A stretch of DNA of 64,000 nucleotides from Chrysomallon squamiferum (Eukaryota > Animalia > Mollusca), in assembly GCA_012295275.1 (NCBI GenBank), contig CM022673.1:26040001-26104000 (forward strand), in the 5' to 3' direction. The notes beneath the pieces are model-generated. The model worked only from the letters and a program-made list of their open reading frames with translations, was not told the origin of the DNA and ran no database searches. Positions 24,471 through 43,379 of this stretch are shown here, in pieces; position 1 is the first letter of the stretch, and each line of letters opens with the position of its first letter. Made by a program: the position numbers and the translations under genes.

Positions 24471-27400
24471 ACGGTGGATTTATTTTTTGTATAATATTAC
24501 TCATTTTGGGCGAAAGTTATATAATCTATCTTATATAGTATTTAAAAACCCAACTTTATAGTCGTAGAACGAGAGGTATTAAATTTCAATAATTTGCTAT
24601 TTTGGGTGATTTATTTTTAGTATTGATTAATTCAGAAATTGAACTTAAAACGCATATTTAGTGTTACAGTAAGAAATTAACTTTAGATGATAACAGTATA
24701 TTTTAACTAACAGTATTTTTAGGCACTTTAGTTTGCTTTTCGAAGTATAAAATAAACTTATAGCCAACAAAAATTTTGATTTTAAATGATTTATATGATA
24801 AAACATACGCTTTAGAAGCAGAATTAATACGACTAAAATCAGCTTATCTCCAATTAAATGTTATATTTTTCAGTTATAAAATTACTACAATTACTATTAC
24901 TAATAACAGTAGCATAACTAGGCATTAATTTCAATACTGTTCTGTTTAAAGTGTTATATAATTTAAATACTTTCATAACAATGATTAACATAGTATGATA
25001 AATATGTTATGTGTCTGTCACCCCAAAATTCTAACATATTCAATTTAATGAAAATTGCTTTTGTGTGATTTGTTGCTATAGACTATATTTTGACTTGATC
25101 TGTCTTTAAGTTCAGAATTGTGAACTAATTTTGGACTTACATTAGGAGGGCTAGTTGAATTTGGCTTTTTAAACATCTTTAATAATCACTGCTGCTTAAT
25201 CTGTCCACAGACTTTAGTATCAGATTATGAAGTACAGCTAAATTTGAAAATAATTGACGTAGACAGTTGTGTATATATATACTAAACTATCTAAAGTAAT
25301 TGTGATACAAGTTAAAGTTTTTAACAAATGCTATTAATCTTTTTATATAATTTAGTAGATAACAGCATATTTATTGACTCTGTTTTTGCAAAACCTTTTT
25401 TGTGAATTTTTATCTATAAAGTAAGTAATTGATTCACTAACATTAAACAACAGCAGTCAAATTTAAAAAAAAATATTTTTTCCTTGCCAGTGGATTTTTA
25501 GGCACTTGTATATGGTTCTTTTAACAGGTAATGATACTAAGCAAAAATTACAAAAACTAAAATTCATTTCTGTTTTAAAAAGAATAATTACAAGATTCAT
25601 TGTGTAATTTTATGTTAGCTTGTATATCATTACATTGTGACAGTATATTATTATTAAATCGCTGAGTGCTATTCGACTAATATTCTCAAAGTAAATTTAA
25701 TGCACATTATTTTAGACAATAATTTATTTACAATAATTAAATGAAAGTAAATTTCATTAATAATTTGCTTGGTATCACAAAAACATACTATTCATTTAAA
25801 AAAGAACCAACTAAGTAACTGATAAAGACGAAATTTTCTTCATCTATGTGGATTAGACTAATACGTAAAATGATTTGCTGCAGACTATGGCTCAAAATGA
25901 GCAGTGGCTTGAGTCATAATATATCACAAGTTAATTCATATGCCTATGGAGCTATTTTTAGTTCCAGACACAGGCATATAACTGGTTTATCAAAGGCTGT
26001 GGAACTGCATGTAAAAGATGAATTCAATAGATTTTGGTGTAGTTGCTACACAATTGCTAATGACCACTTAATATTAAAATGTTTTGACGTTCTGTTTAAC
26101 AAATGATAATTTGTTCCCACTAAACATGAAGAACAGGGTAATTTAGTGATCAGTAAGCACAACTGAGGTGTGATTGGTCAGATGATCAAACCACATCAAC
26201 GAACATGTTGACAGATTATTAAAGTCCATGGTATGTCCTTTCCTTTCAAATGGAAGGAGCACATAAAATTAATGCTAATGGAAGAAGTAGGGGTTTTCAC
26301 TGAAAGCTATGACATCAACACATCAGTAATGATGAAAGCAGAAATCAGGAAACCTGTCAGTTTACTCTGATGGTGTGGTTTGAAAAATCCTGCTGCTTAA
26401 ACTTCTGTTTCTTGTGACTGTTTTGTTATGTATGTGGAATAGTTTCATTATTTTATGATGTTGTGGATTTTGTGTGAAATACAGAGGGTAATTTGCAGAA
26501 AGTTAAAGCATACTTTATTGGTTGGTAAATTTATTTTTCATGTGATTGCAAGTGTAATTTTAACATCCAAGTTATTACATGTATATTTGTATCTATTTTT
26601 CAGTTTGAGTTGTGTTACACTTTGAAGATAATATAAAAAAAATGGATAGTATTTAGTTTGGACTGAAAATTTATTACATTTGAAAAAGGTGAAAGTAAAT
26701 GAGTAATTTGTTGACCAGTTTTTCCAGAACATTATTGTTTAGTTGAGGCTGTTTTAAGTGTGGATTTAATACAAGAATATTTAACTGATTGATCTCGAAT
26801 CTATTCTTGTCTTTAAATACATTTTCTTACTGTTGATAGAAACATCCTGAGGTAAATAGTTACTTAACTTGAAGTTTTAGTAAAATTGGAAAAGAATAAT
26901 GATATTCTGAAAAGGTTACTAATGGCATTTGGTAAGGCATAGACTTTTGGTTCAGTAAATAGGGATATTTGTATAGAAAAACTGGTGTCATCTTGTGGTA
27001 GTAAAGGTTTGGATAGTAAAAAGGTAAATATATTAAAGAAGGCTTCAAAATATTTCTTGATGAACAACATGCATTAAGGACAATATCTGTATGTCCATTG
27101 TATAAGGTAAGTTGGTAAAAAATAATTTTTTATTTAAATATTAGTTTAATTTATATGATAGACTAAAAAAATCTTTAATATCAGTTGTTTTTATTAAATT
27201 AAAATGTTCTTTTTTTTAATAATTTTTTCTTTTGTGAAATAGTTCTGCAGTTCTTAAAACGTCTTAAAATATTTATGAAAGATTTGTTTTAAAAACATTA
27301 ACATTTCAATTCCAAAATATTGTGTAATCTTTTTTGTTTTTTTACAAATAGTGAAATTATTGGTGAAATGTCTCATTCATTGATTGGGAAACCTTACATT

Positions 27401-28030
27401 TCACTCAGCTTCTGATTGCAAATACAGTGTTAATATCCAAGTTACAATGTAAATTTTATATCTCTTTTTCAGTTTCTGTTGACTAGCCTGTTTGGGGTAA
27501 AAAAACAAAAACACTGAAAAAAAAACAAAAAACAAACTTCTTGGAAGAGTTCTGCTGCTGAAAAATTAGGACAGAATTGATGTCTTGCTTCTGTTTTTCT
27601 ACTTGAATGAAAAACTGCCATTTACCTAGACTGTAAACTTAGAGTTTCTGTTTAAGACAAAGTGATATTTCTTAAATTGGTGCTTTGGATTCAAACTCAT
27701 TGTGACATTTTGATACCAACTTGTAACATTTAGATCAGCAGTGAGGAGTTATTTGTGAAGAAAGGACACATCATTAAGACAGACATTTAACACATTCATA
27801 TGCTTCATTACATGTTCTAACTTTTAACTGTTTTAAAAAAAAAAAAAAAAAAATTTTAAATCAATCTCATCATTTTTTATTTTATTTTTTTTAATCTAAA
27901 AAATAGTTTGGAAATTAGGAATCTTAAAAAAAAAAAAAAAAAATATTGAACTTTAAAAAAATATTTTTGAACAGCATGTAAAAAGCACACAACCAGTTTT
28001 TGTAAAAGTGTATATATGTTCACAGAAAGG

Positions 28031-34602
<6,572 letters not shown>

Positions 34603-35793
34603 ACTAATTCTTGTGCAATAACTTTTTAATACTATTTTATTATTATTCTTTTCTTTTTCAATTGTTATAATAATCTTATATTTTAGCAACGTGATGTTGA
34701 TAAATATATAATGTTACATAAAAATCTCTAGACATATTAATGAATTACATATATCTTTTTAGGAATTGATATAAAAGGCACTATCTATATCATTTAAGAA
34801 ACATGATGGAAAAAGAGAGTACATCTATCATCCACTTTTATAAATATTATTTTATCATTTCATTGATTACATGTTCAACTGGATAATTTTATTACATGGA
34901 AGGTTTTATGAATGTCAGCAAAAATAATAATTCTGTACATAAGGGAATTAAAAAATTTTATGTATCTAATTCTTTTTTCTTTCTTTTTTTTGTCTTTACT
35001 ATATTTTAGAAAATGCCTGCATTTTAAAAATTATTAAATTGAAGTTTGAAACATATTAAATTTATTTTAGTCAATTTAATGCTATTTTCATGGAGAACTA
35101 AACAGAGCATGGTACCTAAAACTTAAATGTTTCTTTTTTCATAAAAACATTTTTTAACTAATGGTTCATTTTTAATTAAAAGACAATCATCTGGTCTCAT
35201 TATTTTTTAAATGTGACATGTGAATCAGGTATATTAGGAACTAATCAAAATAAATAACTACATCAATTATACTAATGATGTCGTATTTTGTGATAAAATA
35301 CTATTAAAAGGTAAAATTTATTTGGTTTCTTCTAGCCATTAGATAAATGTAAAAACTTTCAGTAACTGATTACAGTTAATATATGTAAGACAGATATTTA
35401 AAGTTGATTTTAACTGGGATTGCTTTGTTTTAGATAAATGACATCTAGATAATAAGTTTTTATTTCATCAAAAATGTAGCTGAGTGGTTTGATATGCTAT
35501 AATAATATTATTTTACTCAAATAATGTGCAATAAAAATTCAAGATAAAATGTACATAAGCATGCTTTCAACTGTGTTGGTGCACTTGGTTTGAATTAGTC
35601 ACATAAAATTAACATGGTTGTTTAAATTAGTTATTTGAATTGTTAATCATTTTATGAGATGAACGTGCAACTATGAATTTTTTCATTTTCAAATTAATTA
35701 GAAGTATTTTGTGATTACTTATTATTACACTGAGCAACATGAATTGACTTGTCATCTGAAATTCAGAGAATAACACTGACTTATCCGAAGTAG

Positions 35794-35833
<40 letters not shown>

Positions 35834-37536
35834 TTGTTGAAAAGTAAACATTTATTGAATCACTATGTCTTATATTGGTCTAATGCATTTATTTAAATTA
35901 CCAAAAATGTGAAAAAAAAGAAAAAAAAAAGAAATCCATTTAAATTTCAGTAAATTAGAGTTAAATTTTTCTATATTAAAAGGTCTGGAAAAGGTTTCAT
36001 AAATCACCTGAATACTTATAAAAAATTAATTTATTGCTTTTTATATATTGTTGCATTTGGTGGATTAACAATGAATCTCTAAAATATGCTAAAGTGCACA
36101 GGATGATGTAAGGATTAATAAGTATATTTATTAGTGAAAATGTGCCTCCTGTTAACTTATGATGTGCCTTATTATTATTTTTTAACATGTCATGCATTGA
36201 ATCCAGTTAAATCAGTGGTAAGGATAGATATCTACAATTTTCTTTTTATTCCATTGTATTTATAATCATATATTATTCATTCACAACTGCAAGATGCAGG
36301 CCATTGTTAATAAAAGTGGGTGTTCACATATTTGTTTTTGTTGAAGAACAGTATTATTTTAAAATTTCTTTTGTTTTTTAAAGCTGAAAAAATATTAGAA
36401 TAAAAAACAAATTGTCTTATAATCATTTTTTCTAAAAAGTATTTGTACATATGAATCTGTTGAGTGCAGATGCATTAAAAACGCTTGTTACATTTAACTG
36501 TTTTTGTTTTTAATTTGTTAATTTTACTCATTTAGTGAAGTTGTCATGTTGAAAACAACGTTTCATTTTGAACTACATATTAATTCACTAAACAGTTTTC
36601 TTGTTTCTAAATGTCAGTAATAAAAGACTGAATGTCCCTTCACATTAATCAAAATTGATATCTAAGTTACTGAGATCAACTTTAAAGAACAACATGGCTA
36701 ACAAGTTATTGTGTTTCTGAGCACAGGCTTGGCTTAAAATTAAAAGTTGTTAACTCATCTAAAAAGTGCAGAGCAAAGAACTGAGTATGTTGTATCACAA
36801 AAAGTAGCTTTGTCTAGTCTTTGTTCACTGTATTGATGTGATTTATAAAATAATGTTTTGGCTAATTCTATTACATCACTGTCAAATGCTCAAACATTCC
36901 AATTGAAATTTTGACTACAATAAAATAAAGTGTTTTATATACATACAAATGTTTTTCAAAATTAGAATTTGTGTATGTGTATGTAAAAAAATATTTACAA
37001 AAAACTAAAAGATGCAAACTGACATTTATTTACAAGTGTGTTGTACATGATTATATAACAAAACATAAAATGTATAAAAATGGATTAAATTTCAACACAT
37101 AAGAGCAGCAATACCACAAAATAAAATACTTTCCTAATTGATTTCAAATAAACAAAATGTTTTCTTTTTGTCTTCAGAATTTACAATTTTTGACTGTTTC
37201 TTGTTCTTCATTTGGTATTCACTAATAGGCTTTGTGAGTAAAACATTTTCTGAGCAAACTAAATACAAAATTCTGAATATACATATATTTTGTTATAAAA
37301 AACAGACATGTATAAATATACTTCATCATCTTGCACTGAAATGTCCAAAACAAAAAACTTGCCCAGTCTTACAAACAAATGCCTTATCACAGCAGAACAA
37401 ATACCACTGAAACATATCCATTTTGTAATTGTCATTAAATTTTTGTACACTTCATTTGATGCAAAACTTGTTTTTTCTTCCATAAATTAGTGATAACAAA
37501 AATGAATTAGATCAGTTGAAAATACAGTAACAACTG

Positions 37537-40054
37537 TCAATCATAGTATAATTTCAGATAGGCAAGTTTCCGATGATACTTTTTTTCTTCTTTTGTGCTG
37601 AAAAGCTGAAAATTAAAAATAAGACTGATTTTAATAAAATACTGGAATGGAGTAGCTAGTTTGTGCTGAAAAGTTGGAAATAAAAATAAAACTGATTTTA
37701 ATAAAATACCGGAATGAAGTAGCTAGTCCTTTTCAAATTTAACTTACACAAGAAACCCACATACACAAAGCCAAGTTATTTGCAACAACATAAATTAATC
37801 TCTTGATCAAGAACTGGTTTTTCAAAGCACAAGAAAAGACAATTTTTTACATTTACTGAAATTTATATTCTTTCATCAAGTTCCTACATTAATGCCACTA
37901 ACAAAAATAAAGAATAACAAGAAGAAGCTATGAAAAGTAATTCAGGGGAATTTTAAATTTAAGAAAAAAATTTTTTTAACTGGATTCCAGGATGTTTTTG
38001 TCAAAGAGAAATATTACCTTATCTGTATTTTTTTCTATTGTGCTGGTTACAGACACTGGAGGGAGAAGTATGGGAGGTCCTCCAAACGACTGGTGCCATT
38101 GAACCTTTCTGTCTGTAACAAGTTCATGTTCATATGTGCCTGGACTATAAAGACAAAGTTTTTAGTAAATAATAATTTTACAATGGATAAAAAATAATTA
38201 CTCATTTTGTTTTATTGCTTGAAGAATGTAAGATAGTTACATTAGGTAAATTTAATATAAAAGGTCATTATAAAGTTTTTATGATATAAAATCTCGATAT
38301 GATTCCGAAGTACATTTTGTAGCTGATTTATACCATAAATATATTTAAAATTTCAAAACATCTTTTCCTTTATCTTTTCTTTAGAGATCAGTTCTATCAT
38401 GCATAGATCAGAAGTTATAAAAATTTTAAAATTGCATGATGACTTTGTAATGACTTGTATATCTAATACAGGGAAATAATGAAGTAAACCTCATGGTTAG
38501 CATAAATAAAATTAAATAATGTCAAATTTTCTTTTAAATTTCTGCTGAACTGTATCTCGTTTGCTAAAACTTAATTTAACATGCTAAATATATAGTCTGT
38601 TCTGTGAACATTTCTCAATAAATAAATAAATAAATAAATAAATTGACTATGAAAAATATATACCCAGGAAAAACATCATTAATTACTCTTCTGCGTACTG
38701 GAAATCGGTCACAACCAACTTCAAATGGTTTTTTGGAAGGTATGAATTGTTTTGGATCAGTGCAGTGATGTTGATATGTTGTAGGACAGGGCATTGAAAA
38801 CTGAAAACAGTTTACATTTAATAAAATGGTTGGCTAAGATATCATTATATAAATGTTAAAATTTAAATTAAACAAATACATTTATATGTAGTTACTTGAA
38901 CACCTTTTAATCTAGTTTATAAACCTAACATTGTTCACTGGTATTTACCCCAAAATATTTACTGAAAAAAAGTAGTTAACGAGAACATAAAATTCAATGC
39001 AATGATCAAGTTAAACATATAAAAATATGACCTAGGCTGCTGTTTTATAATGTTAACCTTTTGAACATTTTTTATATAAAGATAATTGTTGTAAAAATTC
39101 TGTATTCAGTAATTAGATATACTCACTGCTTTGACTTTTGGAATTCTTGCAGCTGTCCTTGCACCCAAAGTATATCCTTTCTGACTTGTAAGTTTGTGTT
39201 CTATATTATACCAAAAATTGGTATACTGAAAATAATAATAATTATTATAATAACAACAACAAAATGAATTAACAAAATAAAATTGGCAAATAAAATAAAA
39301 AATAAAATAATTTTCTTCTCTCGCACAGATATTCCTAAAGAATATTCTCATATATGACTGGTGTATTTTTACGTTAAATATCTTATATAAAATTAACTCA
39401 CAAGTAAAATATGTACGTACAGAAATTAACTCACAAGTAAAATATATATGTACTGAAATGAACTAATGTTTATTGCTATATTTTCAAAGATATTTACTTT
39501 AATTAATTTATATATTACATTAAATGATGTTTTTTATAAATCTTCCTTTAAATTATTATTTATTTAGAGATTTATTATTATTATTATTATTATTTTTTTT
39601 TTTTTTATGGATATCTCAGCAAACAATAAACAATTTACCTCTTCATTATTGTAGCATCCTGGACCTCTGTGTGGGGCACCTCGCACTGGCAAAAGCTCGT
39701 TTCCAAACCTGTTTGGTGCCATTTTAAATGGAAACAGTTCTCTGTTCTGTGTTGACATGAAGGCAATATGATCTTTCTGGGCGACTATAAAACATAATGG
39801 TTTGAATAAAAATAACTGGCAAGTTTTATATATTATTTTATATTAATAAGAAATTAAAGAAAAAGAAGGAAACTAGGCATTAATTAACTGTTAACTGGTA
39901 ATCAAGAAGTAAGTTCAAACAATTATAGCTCATCAGTATTTATCAGAGTCAGTCTTATGGTTTAATAAGTATATACTTCATACAAATATATTGTTATTAT
40001 TGTTATTATTATTATTTTATTATTATTATTATTATTATTATTAAAGTTTTAAGT

Positions 40055-40148
<94 letters not shown>

Positions 40149-40231
40149 TGCTTCATCACAAAATAGTTGAAAACAAAGCTACATATAATTATATTAAACG
40201 TATGTTTTCTCAGTAATTTTATACCTTCCAT
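37537..40231 (-). CDS. PIFO: protein pitchfork / ciliary microtubule-associated protein 3 (SHIPPO-type PGPG.Y repeats), 6 coding exons, ~194 aa
   Basis: Exons 40231-40225, 39784-39639, 39225-39127, 38800-38664, 38144-38018, 37605-37537, in phase (585 nt). Motifs RELFP..GNELLPVRGAPHRGPGCY, KGYTLGARTA, PGPGTY and C-terminal KYHRKLAYLKLYYD match recalled PIFO/CIMAP3. Confidence 0.88.
37593..37728. repeat. 68-bp tandem duplication spanning the last PIFO splice acceptor
   Basis: ttgtgctgaaaag.tg.aa.t.aaaataa.actgattttaataaaatac.ggaatg.agtagctagt occurs twice at offset 68. Confidence 0.85.
38338..38465 (+). repeat. dispersed repeat family B, copy 2 (PIFO intron)
   Basis: Aligns to 20075-20195. 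Confidence 0.65.
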
Positions 40232-40424
40232 TTTGGCAAACAAAAGATATCCACCATGTAAATATTAACAAAATTATATTTCGATTTTATACAAAAATAA
40301 ACAGAAGCTTCCCCGGTGATTTGGTTACCAAGCCAGTCTGCGCATGCTTCAACATAAATTCCACCGACGGTTGTCGTAAATTAGTTAGACTAGTTAGACC
40401 AATTTCCGGCAACATTAAGCTCAG
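40232..40424. promoter_or_regulatory. compact bidirectional promoter for PIFO and GTF2H1, with the GTF2H1 non-coding first exon
   Basis: CpG island of ~200 bp. NRF1-like TGCGCATGC at 40339-40347, RFX X-box-like GTTACC (40324) and ATTTCCGGCAAC (40402-40413). Plus-strand donor CAG|GTGAGT after 40424. Confidence 0.6.
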
Positions 40425-41568
40425 GTGAGTGGTGTGTGATTTTCTTCTTTTACGATAATATTTGGTTATTATTATTAATATGTCTAAAGATATTTCTGAC
40501 GATCTCATTAAACGTACGTGGCAGTCGATTTTCATGGATTTAAATTTTAAAATATATTTAATTGTATATTATTTTATTTATAATATTTTTTTTTCATTCT
40601 ATATAATTTGTTAGTGTTAATACTGTTATTTAACTATTTTTATATTTATCTTAATGATTATTTTTATACTGGCATATATACTTCTGTGTATGCATCCATG
40701 TATAAATCCCAGTTATTTCCTAGAACTTATTTCAAGAATCAGAATGTATCATAATCTAGATACACTATAAAAAGTATAATTATTATTATTATTATTACTA
40801 CTAGTAGTAGTAGTAGTGGTATGAAAAAACAGTTCATTATATTAATTTAATAAAAACATTATGGTTAATATTTGAAAATAGTTAAAACTAAATAATCTTA
40901 TATATATATATATATATGTTTATTCCATTTAACCGTAGAGACCCTTCTCATACATGATACAATTTTGAGTATACATATATATTCTACAGGTTGAAGGCAT
41001 CCAAATGAAAATATTTTAAAACAGAATCAATTTATTTGAAATAACAACAACAACAGCAATAAAAGTTTGATGTTGAAATAACATTTAATAAATATAAATC
41101 ATCTATTAGTGAAGTTAATAGCTTTTTATTTCTGTTGTTAAAGTACACACACACACACACCAGTAATGTGTGTGTGTATATATATATAGTAAATAATATA
41201 TTGTTGCATTATATATAATATTTTATACATATCTTTGATATTAATGTATTTTTATAATGTATTTAAAATTTGAGCAAGAAAAACTTATAAATTATAAAAA
41301 TAATTTTGGCACTATGAAGATATATATATATATATATATATATATAATTGGATTTTATTATTATTAAATGTGTTACTTTAGAAATAAATTATGTTTAGAT
41401 AACATATATTAAATTATTTCACTAAATAAGGATATTGACAGTAACAGTGGTGGAAAACTTTGAGTTTTGCAAATTTATCTCCCCTCAAAAAAACAAGAAC
41501 AAATGTTGGTTATATTTTTAATAATTCCTTATTTTATTTATTTATTCATTCATTCATTCATTTCATTC

Positions 41569-41599
<31 letters not shown>

Positions 41600-41617
41600 T
41601 AGTATTAAGGTGTTACC

Positions 41618-43341
41618 ATGTCCAAACAGTCTGAAGAAGTTCTTCTTATAGTGAATCATGTGCGACAGAAAAAGACAGATGGAACTTTGTACCTCATGGG
41701 AGAAAGACTGGCATGGATGGTCCAAAGCAAAAACACATTTTCTGTCAGTCACATGTATGCAGACATCAAAGGTATCTTTTGTCTAGAAATTATTTCCAAA
41801 GAACTGGATTCACACTTTTAACAAATGCATTAGATCAGTACTTAAATAAAAAATTGGAAGAACTAGTTAAAAAGAAAATTATTTATTTCTTTAAAAGCTG
41901 CTTAAACTGCAGCTATCAATCAATCAGGTTATTTATCAGAGATGCTGAATGTTCATCAATTGTTCGTTGAAAATATTTTCACATTAAAACAAGATTAAAA
42001 ATAAAATTATTTTTTATTATAATGTTGTTGTTGTTTTTTTGTTTTTTTTTAGAGATACTGATATATAAAAAGTGATCTAATAATATAAAATAAAATTTTA
42101 ATTTCAGCACAAAAGATTTCCCCCGACAGCAAGGAAAAGGTTCAGCTGCAGATAGTGATGCATGATGGAAGTGCCAATACATTCCACTTCAATAACTCAG
42201 ATGGGCGGACAGCCCAGATCCATGATCGCGACAGCGTGAAGGAACTACTACAACAGCTACTGCCAAAGTTTAAAAAGAAGATCAGCAATGCACTTGAAGA
42301 AAAAAACAGGTGTCAGATAAAGTTTTCATTTTTTTTATTATTCAATTTGCATAAACTTTGTCTAGTTTGTATAATCTGAATTAAATTTCATCAATATCCA
42401 GTGTTAAGTGAGATACAAAATGAAAGATAAAAACTTTTAAGCAAAAATTGTATCTGCTTTCATTTTCAGTAACAATTTAATATAGATGGGTTGTTTTTTA
42501 TTTTTCATAAACTGTTACTGTATTTATAATTTATTGATTTAAGATTTAAATAGGTATATATTTATTTGTTAATCTGTATTATACTGTACAAAATTTATTT
42601 TGAATTGTGGATTTAAAATGAAACGTCATAGATAAAAAAAGAAAAAAAGCTAGTACATTTACACGGTAAATGCTATTTTTGCTTTATACTAAGTGCAGGC
42701 AATATGAAACAGAATGAATCTATACCAATAAAAAAATCTATTTTTATTTCATACTGTCTAGAATAAGAGAAAATGTAAACTATTTAGTTTTTTGTGGTTA
42801 CTAGATATTCTTTTCTTTTTTCTTTCTTTCCTTTCTTCTTTATTTATTTGTTTTTATTTATTTTATTTTTATTCAGATTACTGCAAGAAAATCCAGAACT
42901 TTTCCAGTTGTACAAAGATTTAGTTGTTAGTGGGGTTATTTCTCCAGATGAATTCTGGTTGTCTCATACACATGTAAGATTAACATTTTTATTTTAAAAT
43001 TAAATTTGAAATGGTTTATGGCTGCCTGTCGGTCAGATTTAGCTCAGCATTTAACAAATTCAAAATAAATAAACAAAATGTATGAAACCAACAAACAGTC
43101 AAATATAAGTTAATTTAAAAAAAAAAAATCGAAGTTTAAAATATTAGATTAATAAAATTCTGAAGGAAAATGAAATTTTAAATGATTTATTAATGTTGTT
43201 TAAGTTACTGGCATTTATTTGTTTGAGAGACCAAAATTTGAATGAATGCTATAATTTGTTTTTGATAATTGATAAATAATAATTAATATTATAAACCTGT
43301 AAACAATCTACTTTTAATCCAGTAACAAATAATTTAAAGAG

Positions 43342-43379
<38 letters not shown>

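Noticed and set aside
25846-26106. 86-aa ORF as a ZBED6-like or selenoprotein gene
   Set aside because: No BED-finger or transposase motifs, and the TGA is immediately followed by TAA. Treated only as a possible uORF.
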